From an uncultured Chlamydiales bacterium (GTDB taxonomy: Bacteria > Chlamydiota > Chlamydiia > Chlamydiales > Rhabdochlamydiaceae), in assembly GCA_963700985.1 (NCBI GenBank), contig OY969554.1, positions 1,056,001 through 1,120,000 on the forward strand: a stretch of 64,000 nt of DNA. The letters are read 5' to 3'. The notes beneath the pieces were generated by a model that was given only the letters and a program-made list of their open reading frames with translations, had not been told where the DNA came from and searched no databases. The position numbers were made by a program, and so were the translations under genes. Shown here one piece after another: positions 54,657-64,000 of the stretch (position 1 is the stretch's first letter; each line of letters begins with the position of its first letter).

Positions 54657-55534
54657 AAGTTTTAAAAGCTGGAATCGCATTTCTATGTCTTTTTGGCATT
54701 GCTTTGGGCCTCTATTTCTCTATTTCAAAAGATGACCCTATCCGCAAAGCCTTAAGCACCATCCCAGCTGACGAAAAGCTGTTTCTAGAATACTTCTTCC
54801 GAGACCTATTGCTCCGTGAAGGCGGAGCGTATGTTCTTAATGGAACCAAGCCTATTACTGAAGAAGATTTCGAGTCTCCTACCCTTCGAGAAGTTTTTTT
54901 CTTTGGAAATCGCTTTCTTAAAAGTGCTGTGCTTCTCAAAAAAGGCTTTGAGATTTGGAACAAGTACCAACACCTTTTCCCCTCTACTAAGTACGCTCTA
55001 CTCTGCTATCAGAATAAAACTGATGGAACATTTCAAGTTCTCTTAATCAACAAGAAAGCAGTCGTTAACGAAATCGAAAAAAACATCGAAGATTTCAAAG
55101 CCATTCTTGGCCCTACAATCACTCCAACTGCCCTGCTCGAAAAAATCATCAGCGAAGATAAGCACCTATCAGAAATTTTAAACGAGCACACAGGTTTGTT
55201 TGGAATGCTCCTCGGATATGGAAAGCACAACTCACAGCTTTTCTACCAAAGAGAGATGCTTCAAGATCAAATTGAAGATAATCAATTCATTCCCAAAAGA
55301 TTCGAGCTGATCGAAGAAAAACTAAACGCAGCAGAAAAAAGATTTCTCGCCACAGACCCAAAGAAAAGAAGAAACCGCTTGATCTTCACCTCTCTCCCAG
55401 CCTTTGTCTTCGATCCCGAGCATCCCGAAACCCAAAAACTCCTAAAAAGCTACGAAGAGCAAAGAAAAGAAATCACAAAATCTTACCAAGACGTCTCCTT
55501 TTTAGAGACCTTCCTTAAGAAATTCACTTCCTAA
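54653..55534 (+). CDS. Hypothetical membrane-anchored protein
   Basis: N-terminal TM; GAYVLNGTKP, LLINK, LFGMLLGYGKHNS; translationally coupled to the upstream gene. Confidence 0.75.
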   Translation: MKVLKAGIAFLCLFGIALGLYFSISKDDPIRKALSTIPADEKLFLEYFFRDLLLREGGAYVLNGTKPITEEDFESPTLREVFFFGNRFLKSAVLLKKGFEIWNKYQHLFPSTKYALLCYQNKTDGTFQVLLINKKAVVNEIEKNIEDFKAILGPTITPTALLEKIISEDKHLSEILNEHTGLFGMLLGYGKHNSQLFYQREMLQDQIEDNQFIPKRFELIEEKLNAAEKRFLATDPKKRRNRLIFTSLPAFVFDPEHPETQKLLKSYEEQRKEITKSYQDVSFLETFLKKFTS

Positions 55535-55585
55535 TACAACCTCTTGACGTTTCATTTCCTAACTCTGTAGAGTTTCTAATCAATT

Positions 55586-56203
55586 ATGGGGTTTTCTATG
55601 AGAAAAAAATCTATTAACTACACTTATACAGCAAAACAAAAAACAACAAGAAAACATTGGCTATTTGTTACTGCTGTCCTCTGTCTTGGAATACCATTTC
55701 TTTACTATTCTGCGATTTACATCTTATCAGGAAATATTCGTAGCGACTACACCAATTCAATATTGGAATCTGCGATTAGATCATTCTTCGACTCATTGGC
55801 TCTTTGTCTCTTGTATTTTCTTGCCTATAGAAGACCCGGAACACTTTACCTCTCTTATCTACTTGTTGCAGGGCCATTTTTCATGGCAAAAGAGTTAATG
55901 TTGTTGTTGTTGAGACCTACTGAAAAGTGGGACCTTATATTATTTGCTGTTAATCTATTAGTATGTTCTGTGTGGTACACATTAAGTCTTCGTTTAAGAA
56001 AAATAAATATAGAAATCAAATTCAACAGGCAAATTTTTCAAAAATATCTGTCTGCAGCATCTTTAATGGAAAGTTCCACGACTTTAGAAGATTTAGACGT
56101 GCAGTTTTTCGACTTAGTTAAGAAATGGCCTCAATACGAGCCCGATTCCACTAAAAGCTATCACTTAAGAAAAGAAAATCTCCTTACAAATGCCGTGCAA
56201 TAG
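55586..56203 (+). CDS. Hypothetical 4-TM protein (paralog of 53537-54139)
   Basis: LYFLAYRRPG, C-terminal TLEDLDVQFFDLVKKWP..Y..RK..L. Confidence 0.75.
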   Translation: MGFSMRKKSINYTYTAKQKTTRKHWLFVTAVLCLGIPFLYYSAIYILSGNIRSDYTNSILESAIRSFFDSLALCLLYFLAYRRPGTLYLSYLLVAGPFFMAKELMLLLLRPTEKWDLILFAVNLLVCSVWYTLSLRLRKINIEIKFNRQIFQKYLSAASLMESSTTLEDLDVQFFDLVKKWPQYEPDSTKSYHLRKENLLTNAVQ

Positions 56204-56352
56204 CAGTGCAATATTTATCCCCTAGGACTTGAAGAAAGCACTATTTTTTAAAAAAATGAGAACAGAAGAAGAAAAAGAGATATGAACTCTTTGCTTTTCG
56301 TGAATTTATCTTATTGAAGGAACTTTACAACCTAAGAACTAGAGAAACATTT

Positions 56353-57822
56353 ATGAGTTTAATCCTTGCTCAAAGGCCAATCCAACAGTCACCCCTGCAA
56401 CAGGTGTTCCAGATTGGAGGAAAGCATAACCCGATGCGCGAGATATGCAGTTATCTCGATGAAACAGCAGTTTCAGCTGCATGTAAAATTTTCCGACAAA
56501 GCAATCAGCAAGAGATGATTGTTGTGAGCAAACAATTGTTAAGTAGAGTCACTTCATTAAACTTGGCTGTTGAGGGAAATCTCAATCTAGAAGAGGCCAC
56601 CGAAGCTTTACGCTCTCTTTTGCCACAGCTGTCAGACTCCGTAACCGCTAGAATTCCCCGTAATCATCTAAATTATTCCGATGCTTTTGAGCTTTTTTCT
56701 GAGGTTGAAGATTGCCTCGTTGCCGGCGCTTCTGATGCAAATAAAAATAATATTTTTCGATATCTTAGCTACCTCGAAAAATTGAAAAACACCCTAGGAA
56801 GAGATGAAGACAGACATAATCCTCTCTCAAGAGAAGAGAATTACAATATATTTAAAGTTCTCTGCAACGCTCTTCTACACGAAAGCCTGACCAAACGTTT
56901 TAAGAAAGCTGTTACAGAACTCGAACAAGGAAATCAACCTCTTGATATAGATAATCCCGAGAAAATTTCGAAGTGTCTAGGAGCTCTGTTTCAAAGCCAA
57001 AAGCAATCTGCAACTACTTATTCTCAAGTACATCTTCTAGAATTCAATAGAATTCAAGCTCAATACGCCGGGAATTTTTCTGTAGAACGTTTTATGCAGC
57101 AAGAACGGCTCGCACACGAAGAGGATAAATTCAAAGACTCGAATTATCAAAAACTTTGGGAAGCAATTAATGGAAGATTTCGACTCCTTCAAATTGATAT
57201 CGGACCCAATCCACCAACCACGCCTTTTCAAATTAAAAGATGGATGCGACTAGAGGAAAACGCTGCCTATCTCCAAAGAATAGATAGCCTACATATTCAT
57301 GGATTATCCCATATTCCTCCTGAGATTGTAAGGCTAACAAACCTTCGAGAGCTTTACTGTATTGGAAATACGTATAATTATCTTAAAGAGCTTCCTCTTT
57401 TTTTGACTAACCTACCTAATTTACGTTGCCTAGACGTTGGACATAATCGAATCGCAATAATGCCCGAACCGATTCACCGACACATAGCTGCTTTTTCACC
57501 AATTTTTCCCGATCTTTGCCGATACGTTCTAGTTCTATGTACCCACCGGCCATGTCATATATACATTGATCATACCTACTTGAAACAGATACCTTTCCGT
57601 ATGTGGTTCAAAATAGACATAAACAGCCCTTTTCAATCATGTTTATCATTTACAGGGTGGCACAACAACGCTTGGGGTCTTTTATTGCTGATCACTCTCT
57701 TCATGCCTCTTGTTGTTCTAAATTGGCTGCTTCGAGATCTAGTCGAACCTATTGTAAGCTTCTTCAGAAATCTTTTAGGCTATGGCAACATGATAGAGGT
57801 CGAACCTCTACAAAGAGGATAA
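56353..57822 (+). CDS. Leucine-rich repeat protein with degenerate N-terminal F-box-like motif and C-terminal TM
   Basis: PMREICSYLDETAVSAACKIF; LSHIPPEIVRLTNLRELY, LKELPLFLTNLPNLRCLDVGHNRI; WGLLLLITLFMPLVVLNWLL. Confidence 0.8.
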   Translation: MSLILAQRPIQQSPLQQVFQIGGKHNPMREICSYLDETAVSAACKIFRQSNQQEMIVVSKQLLSRVTSLNLAVEGNLNLEEATEALRSLLPQLSDSVTARIPRNHLNYSDAFELFSEVEDCLVAGASDANKNNIFRYLSYLEKLKNTLGRDEDRHNPLSREENYNIFKVLCNALLHESLTKRFKKAVTELEQGNQPLDIDNPEKISKCLGALFQSQKQSATTYSQVHLLEFNRIQAQYAGNFSVERFMQQERLAHEEDKFKDSNYQKLWEAINGRFRLLQIDIGPNPPTTPFQIKRWMRLEENAAYLQRIDSLHIHGLSHIPPEIVRLTNLRELYCIGNTYNYLKELPLFLTNLPNLRCLDVGHNRIAIMPEPIHRHIAAFSPIFPDLCRYVLVLCTHRPCHIYIDHTYLKQIPFRMWFKIDINSPFQSCLSFTGWHNNAWGLLLLITLFMPLVVLNWLLRDLVEPIVSFFRNLLGYGNMIEVEPLQRG

Positions 57823-57982
57823 AATGATAGCAACCCTCTTACGGCCAAGAGATGAATGACATTGTAAACGGCTCTTAGGCTCAGAATAGAAAGTGATCCA
57901 AAAAAGATAGATACCTAAAAAAATTCACTTCTTGACTCACTTTTTTCGTATTAATTCGGCCACGTTGAAAAGACATTCTTTC

Positions 57983-58873
57983 TTACATCATGCGCGATCG
58001 GAGATTAGAGAGGACCCTCGAGATTTCAGCTGAGGTTTCATAATCAAGAGGCGGCAGGATTCGCGGATTAAGTGACGATGACTCAGTAAAATATCCAAAG
58101 ACTATATTGACAAGATCTAATGACATTGCCAGAGACTCTTTAAAGATCAGCCAAGTGTCATGCAATTCAGCAAAGGATATGAGAATGGATCCAGCAGTGC
58201 GGGCAATCGGTTCCTCAATGCGTCGAGAAGGGGTTAGAGCAAGTTGTTGGAGATGGGTGAAGAGTTGCTCTCTATCATTGCGATGCAAAAGAGCTGTAAT
58301 GAATGGTGTAATATTATGATATCGTCCAAGAAGCGTATTGATTTCTGCTGAAGGAACATCTCGGCTTCCTGGGGAATAATGCGCATCCTTTCTAACTAAC
58401 CAAGTGATGAGTTCGGGATTAGGACACTGTGCGCGAACGGCCATGTACAAAACTGTTCGTCCGTGCCTGTCTAAAGCGTTAGGGTTACGCGGGGGAGAAA
58501 CTTCGAGCTCATCAAAAGTAACGGGCGGCTCACGATAGATTAGTGGGTGCGCCAGTTCTATCGTATGATCAAACGGCGGATGAGCAATAGCCACCGCAGC
58601 CGGCATGGGAACTAATGCAGCAGGTGGCGCAATAGCTACAGCGGGAGGGACAAAGGGTGGTAAAGCGGCTGGCATCTCGTTAAAATAGGAATAAACGTAT
58701 TTAGCAATTAAATCGACGATTGCAGCCAAGGCCCCGATGAGGGGGATCATCTCTATTGTTGCAATGGAGTAGTGGAGCCATTTCCCTACACACGTAATTT
58801 GTAGATCATTGGCCTGAAGCAAGTGATCATCCGCTAACTCATACTGCCATGAAAAATTAATTGAGCTTGCCAT
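57983..58873 (-). CDS. Ankyrin-repeat-containing effector-like protein with N-terminal hydrophobic hairpin
   Basis: NPNALDRHGRTVLYMAV ankyrin motif; HYSIATIEMIPLIGALAAIVD; Pro/Ala-rich linker. Confidence 0.75.
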   Translation of the reverse strand: MASSINFSWQYELADDHLLQANDLQITCVGKWLHYSIATIEMIPLIGALAAIVDLIAKYVYSYFNEMPAALPPFVPPAVAIAPPAALVPMPAAVAIAHPPFDHTIELAHPLIYREPPVTFDELEVSPPRNPNALDRHGRTVLYMAVRAQCPNPELITWLVRKDAHYSPGSRDVPSAEINTLLGRYHNITPFITALLHRNDREQLFTHLQQLALTPSRRIEEPIARTAGSILISFAELHDTWLIFKESLAMSLDLVNIVFGYFTESSSLNPRILPPLDYETSAEISRVLSNLRSRMM

Positions 58874-59198
58874 GTAATATTTATTTTTACAGTTAATTTT
58901 TGATGCAATATATTTTATTGGTTTAATTCAGGTTTACAACCAAGAAAATCGCATGAAGAAAGGATTTTCATCAAACTTCTTTAAGAAGCTTAACTCTTTC
59001 CTGACATTCTTTCCATTGCAAGATCTCTTTCCTTGTAAGCACCCTCGGAAAAGCTTACTCTCTCCAAATGCACCAGGCTAGGTAGCTGCGATAGTTACAG
59101 CGCTCTCAGGGCTCAGAGGAACCATAGACGCAGGTGGTTTAAAATCAGAGCCAAAAATGGCGCGAGAAAGTTGTTTAATGACTTTCGATTGATCAGGG

Positions 59199-59606
59199 CT
59201 AGGCTTTATTAAGCCATTTCAAACCTTCCGCTTTATTAGGTTGTGCAACCAACCCATCATTATGCATTATTGCCAAACGGTATTGCGCGCCAGCATTTCC
59301 GCCCTCTGCCGCAACTTTAAGCAGCTTTGAAGCTTCCTGATAATTTCGCCCAACACCCTCACCCTTATAGTACATCTCGCCAAGCTTGAAGTAAGCTTGA
59401 GCAACCTCGCGAGTTTCACTTACACTCATAGGTTCTGCACACGCTTTTGCCGTTGGGGATGCCGGAGCTTCCGAGATGCTACTCTTACAGCTATCATAAA
59501 CTTTTGAGGCTTTACACTCTTCTCGAGGTCCTCTTTGTGTTGTGAGAAAACATTGACCATTAGGAGATGCTACTGGTTGGATTGAGCCCAGAACTTTTAC
59601 TGCCAT
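59199..59606 (-). CDS. Sel1-repeat protein, possibly truncated (pseudogene)
   Basis: AYFKLGEMYYKGEGVGRNYQEA..AAEGGNAGAQYRLA; stops mid-repeat (KWLNKA*). Coding-like sequence continues in other frames to about 58970. Confidence 0.7.
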   Translation of the reverse strand: MAVKVLGSIQPVASPNGQCFLTTQRGPREECKASKVYDSCKSSISEAPASPTAKACAEPMSVSETREVAQAYFKLGEMYYKGEGVGRNYQEASKLLKVAAEGGNAGAQYRLAIMHNDGLVAQPNKAEGLKWLNKA

Positions 59607-59787
59607 AATTGAATTTCCAAGTATATTTTTTCTAAAACACAGAAGAGTTACAAATAAAACTCTCAAAGAATGCAGAAAAAATTTAAATTCGTTAATCCAA
59701 GCGAAGCAGTTTTTTGCTTATATTTTCCAAGATAGAAACTTTTTAGAGCTTACTCTTCAGCAGCTAATGGAATAAGGATTTTCTGTC

Positions 59788-60393
59788 TTAATTATAGATA
59801 TAAAATGTCGGTTTTTGAGCCTGATTAGGATTTGCAAATTTGTAGTTTTTGACAAATTCCTTAAGAAGCTTTTGGACTGCTCCTACAACCTTATCCTCAG
59901 ATTTAATATCCAATGGTGAATCTACAAAATCGTTAATAGACCATACCCTTGGCATGGATTTTACATTGGTTTTACTGATAACAACGGAAGTCTCAACATT
60001 GAGAGTAACTCGGGAGATAGGAAGCTCTCCTCCATCCCATTTAGAAACACGACCTATCAAGATGTTTAATATGCTCCCTGTTCCAAAGCCATTCATATCC
60101 TCGCTTTTGGCTTTGATGATAGTTCCTATGGAACCTAGCTCCTTTTCGATAATTGCTTCGACCTTCTTATTAACCTCAGAACTTTGAAGGGAATAAGGAG
60201 GAATCACAGCAAAGGCGTTTAGTCCTTCCAAAGGATTGCCACTGAAGAAAACTGGCACGTCTTGAAAGTTTAGGTAAATTCCGGGATTCCTCTTGAGTCT
60301 CTCTATGTTGCTATCTTCATTAACGTTATCCGCACAAAATCCATGCGCAGAAAACAATGTCAGAATCAATAGATGTGTGAGTGTTCTTTTCAT
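59788..60393 (-). CDS. Hypothetical exported protein
   Basis: Signal peptide MKRTLTHLLILTLFSAHGFC; ATGA overlap with the upstream gene. Confidence 0.75.
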   Translation of the reverse strand: MKRTLTHLLILTLFSAHGFCADNVNEDSNIERLKRNPGIYLNFQDVPVFFSGNPLEGLNAFAVIPPYSLQSSEVNKKVEAIIEKELGSIGTIIKAKSEDMNGFGTGSILNILIGRVSKWDGGELPISRVTLNVETSVVISKTNVKSMPRVWSINDFVDSPLDIKSEDKVVGAVQKLLKEFVKNYKFANPNQAQKPTFYIYN

Positions 60394-61271
60394 ACTCCTC
60401 CTTCATTTACATATAGAGGCAAGTTTTGCTTATTTGGAGGGATGTGATTTTCTTTATTATTCTTCCAGCTTTGCCATTTCCTAGTGATAGGAGCAACACA
60501 AGCCTTCCAAAATTCGCCTGTTTGGCAGCACTTTAGGCCCCTTACAAGTAAAACCTCAACAGCACCCACCAAGGTTACTTTGATTGCAGGACTAGGAGCT
60601 TGGAGCGCAATGACCTCCATGACTCTTGCTACACCTGTCATAATTTCCTCACACCATCCAGGTTCAGGGGGCTGGCTAGGACCCAAGATATCATCGTAGT
60701 TATTCCGTGCCTGTGGCTGATTTTCCTGTTTAGTTCTCTTATCTTTGCAAGCAACAATCATGTCTCGAAAGTGCAAGCTATTTACTGTGGGCCTAGTCAT
60801 GTTACGAAAATGAGGTTTGTTAGTAGATCGGCTAGCAGTTTCTTGAAAAGGCTGACGTTCTAAGCAATTACCGCCAACATGACCGACAATTATTTGGAGT
60901 TGTTGGATTGCCCTTTCAGTATCTTCCTGCATTCCAAGATTATCATAGCTAACAACCTCTCCAAATGCCGCTCTAAATGCAACAATCAACGCAGTCTCTA
61001 TATTCTGAGACCGCCCTAAGAGAGAATTAGCATTTTGAAAATCATCAACTGCTTTTTCATATTGAGCCGACAGCAGGTAACTCTCCCCTCGCGAGACATA
61101 AAGTTCAGCCAGCTCATCATATTCAGCCGGATGTGTATTAGCTATCTCTTGAGTTTCTCTTGCGATTACGTCTTGAATCGATTCACAGGAGCTATAATCT
61201 ACTTCGCGAGCGTAGGACGCGCCTACAACCAACATACAGAAACAAGCCAGAAGAAACATAACTCGATTCAT
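60390..61271 (-). CDS. Exported protein with a TPR motif and Cys-containing C-terminal domain
   Basis: Signal peptide; AELYVSRGESYLLSAQYEKAVDDFQNA (TPR); WC..CC...WKAC; SD GGAGG. Confidence 0.78.
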   Translation of the reverse strand: MNRVMFLLACFCMLVVGASYAREVDYSSCESIQDVIARETQEIANTHPAEYDELAELYVSRGESYLLSAQYEKAVDDFQNANSLLGRSQNIETALIVAFRAAFGEVVSYDNLGMQEDTERAIQQLQIIVGHVGGNCLERQPFQETASRSTNKPHFRNMTRPTVNSLHFRDMIVACKDKRTKQENQPQARNNYDDILGPSQPPEPGWCEEIMTGVARVMEVIALQAPSPAIKVTLVGAVEVLLVRGLKCCQTGEFWKACVAPITRKWQSWKNNKENHIPPNKQNLPLYVNEGGV

Positions 61272-61674
61272 TTTCGACCTCCTGCATAAGAAAACATTTA
61301 GTTTGTTCAGGCAAGCCGATTAAGTCAAGGCGAGCTACTAAATTCTTTGTTTTCTACTCCTTGATTAAGCACCCAGTTTTTTAAGAAGGGTTCTCTATAT
61401 ATCAAACCCGCTGCTAATTTCTTTCATTCTTGATAGTCTAATTCATCTGTCCTAGAGAAAAGCAGTAAAAATGCTGAGAAATGCAGGAAACCAACTGCGG
61501 TTATCTACGATCTGATGTCCACATTAACGGAAATTATTCCTTGTTATTTTAAAGATTATAAAATATACATGTAATCAAACAATTTTTGTATTTGAAAACT
61601 ATCTTTATTGAGAGTTCACAAAAAAGCTAGGACAGCATATCCTCTTAGAGAAATTATTTTTCCGGGGAAATATA

Positions 61675-63024
61675 ATGCAGACTTTTCAGGCAGCAAGTCA
61701 TTCGACCAAAAAAAATGAAAGCTTAGCATCTTTCACCTTTCCGGACTCTCGTCCTTTCCCCTACCCACCTTTAGATGACATTGCAGATCTGAAAACCCAA
61801 CTTCCTGCAACAGCTATTATAAATGGCAGTCACCATAGCACTCAAACCACCCTGGTTTCTAAAGACAATCTACTTTTCTGCTATCGCGCATTGATAAGAA
61901 CAATCGAGGCATGCTTAGAAAAACGCTATACCGATTTCGATGCTCATACAACAGCAAACTGTTGTCATGGTATGGCACTCTTGGTTAGGGATCTCATCCT
62001 TGCAGTATTGGAGTTAGATCTATATCAACTACAACAGGAAGCCGCACAGAAGATTCAAAATCTTGAAAAGGCTACGGTCTTAAATAACCAATGTTTATGT
62101 GAACTATCGGTGCCAGGATCTCTCATTGATTTAACTTGTCTCTATGTGCTTGCCTTTATCAAAGAAGCAGATCCCCAGCGAGGAGGGCGAACGGTCACAA
62201 AAAAATTAAAATTGATAAGCCCAGTAGGCACTCAATTTTGTGATAAGATCATACGTAATCTGCAAAAGAATTTTTCTAGCTTTGTTGCAATTCGGTACAG
62301 TCATTATCTGAATAAAATAAAAAATGGAACGCGAATCAACGGAGCTCCTATTGAAATGTGGGGGCAATATGTAGCTCCTAATAACCTCAAAATTGATCGA
62401 AATGGAATTCATTACGCATCCAATCTTTTTTCAATGCAGGTCTCTTTAGCACACCTCATCCTTTCCAAGGCAAAAATTGCTATAGTTAATGACTTAATAA
62501 GCACCACGGGAAAACTGCGAGGGCGTTATACTTGCCTACTTGAAGGAGACGGGCAAGAACATTTTACGGTGCTGAATGATGAAAACATTAAACTAGATCA
62601 ATCATATCGAAATGATCCAGTCGTTGTTTTTGGAGGGTGTGTGTACTCAGATCAAATGGATTTGGATATGTTGGTAAATCGGACAAGCCGATGGCTAAAT
62701 CATTTTCCAAGCTTAGTTTTAGCCTGTGACATTTTTTACCCGCAATTTCCAAGCGTAATGAATGATCCAGAATTCGACAGTCAACCATTGATTCCTAGAG
62801 AGCAACTATTAAAAGAAATCATAGACGTTCATTCAGGCATCCAAGGAGTTTCTTCCTCAGATCCATCGCTCTTTTGTTTAGCTCATATTTACCCTGCAAG
62901 CGTTGATCAAATACTTAGAGATGAAGAAAACGAAGACAAAGCCATATTACCAACATCTTACATTCCTGCTAATAAAACATCCTTAAATGCTGAGAATGAA
63001 AGTATCTTGGCAGCTAATAAATAA
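61675..63024 (+). CDS. Hypothetical protein (449 aa)
   Basis: Long ORF with no family I recognise; contains FDAHTTANCCHG. Confidence 0.75.
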   Translation: MQTFQAASHSTKKNESLASFTFPDSRPFPYPPLDDIADLKTQLPATAIINGSHHSTQTTLVSKDNLLFCYRALIRTIEACLEKRYTDFDAHTTANCCHGMALLVRDLILAVLELDLYQLQQEAAQKIQNLEKATVLNNQCLCELSVPGSLIDLTCLYVLAFIKEADPQRGGRTVTKKLKLISPVGTQFCDKIIRNLQKNFSSFVAIRYSHYLNKIKNGTRINGAPIEMWGQYVAPNNLKIDRNGIHYASNLFSMQVSLAHLILSKAKIAIVNDLISTTGKLRGRYTCLLEGDGQEHFTVLNDENIKLDQSYRNDPVVVFGGCVYSDQMDLDMLVNRTSRWLNHFPSLVLACDIFYPQFPSVMNDPEFDSQPLIPREQLLKEIIDVHSGIQGVSSSDPSLFCLAHIYPASVDQILRDEENEDKAILPTSYIPANKTSLNAENESILAANK

Positions 63025-63043
63025 GATGGGGATTTCATTAAGC

Positions 63044-64000
63044 CTATGTTTTTTCACCTAAGAAAATCTTTCTAATTGCCCAAATCGATTCTTCTAGAAA
63101 ACTAATAAATAAAAAAACCATTAAGCTTGATCCAAAACCACCAATCAAAGCCCGCCATGGTTCTCCAGGATTATGAATAAGAACGATAGTTGCTGTAACT
63201 CCTCCCATAAACCAACAAAAAATATTTACAATTTTTTCTAATGGTCGAGGTCTGTGTCTGACCAAAATTTTAACTAAAAAAGCGAGCAATAGGACTGCTC
63301 CTAAACTGGATATAAAATTATCAGCCATCTCTTCTAAAAATTGCATAGGTGGAAAAGTTTGAAGAAAAGCATAACCGGCAGTACCAAGTAGCCCCACTAT
63401 TGCATATTCTTTTATGCTCCATCTATGAGGGAAAATCATTTCAAATCCGGCCGATGCAAAGTAAATATTAACTAGATTTACACATATCGAAGATAAAACT
63501 AAAAACCCAAAAGCAAACACTAAATAAACATTAATTCCATAGCCTCTTTCATTCGCAGTAAACAGTCCTGAAAATTCTGAAATATTTAGGTAAATACTAA
63601 GCACCTGAAATAGAGAAACAAAAACAGTCATAAGCGTTAAAGCAAGAAATGAATCAGCCCTTGAACGCGAATGTCGAAAAAATGTGGGTAAGTTAACAAC
63701 ACCTGGCAAAGTTACAGACATAACTGAAATTATGCCAGGCATAGAAATTCCCCATGTTCCAATGAAACTTACAGGTTTATTAATTACTATAATTGCATAG
63801 AAAAGAAAACTTAGTAGCAAAGGAAACGCTATGACACAGGTCCATTTTATTAAGCGAATTCCTCCAATAGAAAGTAAAGCCGTTAACAGGCCAAGCGCTA
63901 CTCCAATTCTTATATCTCCTTGCCATTTTTGATCATCTGAAAAAAGAACACTAACTCCAGCGCTTACAGATTTGATTTGCAAAAGATACCAGGACAAAAA
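63044..64000 (-). CDS. Multi-pass membrane transporter, purine/cytosine permease (NCS1)-like; 5' end outside the window
   Basis: About 10 hydrophobic helices; VNLPTFFRHSRS and CVNLVNIYFASAG resemble the CodB-like DxxRY and NxxNxYS segments. Confidence 0.65.
   Translation of the reverse strand, partial: FLSWYLLQIKSVSAGVSVLFSDDQKWQGDIRIGVALGLLTALLSIGGIRLIKWTCVIAFPLLLSFLFYAIIVINKPVSFIGTWGISMPGIISVMSVTLPGVVNLPTFFRHSRSRADSFLALTLMTVFVSLFQVLSIYLNISEFSGLFTANERGYGINVYLVFAFGFLVLSSICVNLVNIYFASAGFEMIFPHRWSIKEYAIVGLLGTAGYAFLQTFPPMQFLEEMADNFISSLGAVLLLAFLVKILVRHRPRPLEKIVNIFCWFMGGVTATIVLIHNPGEPWRALIGGFGSSLMVFLFISFLEESIWAIRKIFLGEKT

Overview
A 64-kb chromosomal segment that most likely comes from an environmental member of the Chlamydiae. 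This is inferred from the stand-alone SWIB protein, chloroplast-UGP3-type uridylyltransferase, DUF2608 protein, CtcC/AtoC sigma54 activator, chlamydial-type topo IV and many eukaryotic-like effectors. The housekeeping backbone is prfB (programmed +1 frameshift), SWIB, ispD, truA, a HAD phosphatase, ctcC, hpf, rlmN, recO, parE-parC and three tRNAs (Leu-CAA, Arg-UCG, Leu-GAG). Two accessory regions interrupt it. (i) About 7.5-29.4 kb, ending at tRNA-Leu(CAA): paralogous effector-like genes, a complete 247-bp IS5-type MITE, redox and detoxification/hydrolase genes (including a tail-anchored AidH-like lactonase and an exported MurQ/GKRP-like protein), toxin-antitoxin remnants, a REP doublet and a 149-bp tandem array built from tRNA 3'-end pieces. 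(ii) About 48.6-61.3 kb: an effector-like cluster with Inc-like, RING, F-box-lipase, F-box/LRR, ankyrin, Sel1 and recently duplicated membrane-protein genes. The best candidates for undescribed biology are: a tightly coupled operon of two Maf/DUF115 glycosyltransferase-like genes with a MORN-variant protein, an HsdR-N domain and HPF, in a lineage without flagellin; two portable membrane-targeting motifs shared by otherwise unrelated effector-like proteins, one of them on an antitoxin-less zeta-toxin-like kinase; and the tRNA-linked sense/antisense repeat array. All family assignments come from motif recognition by eye. No database searches were run.
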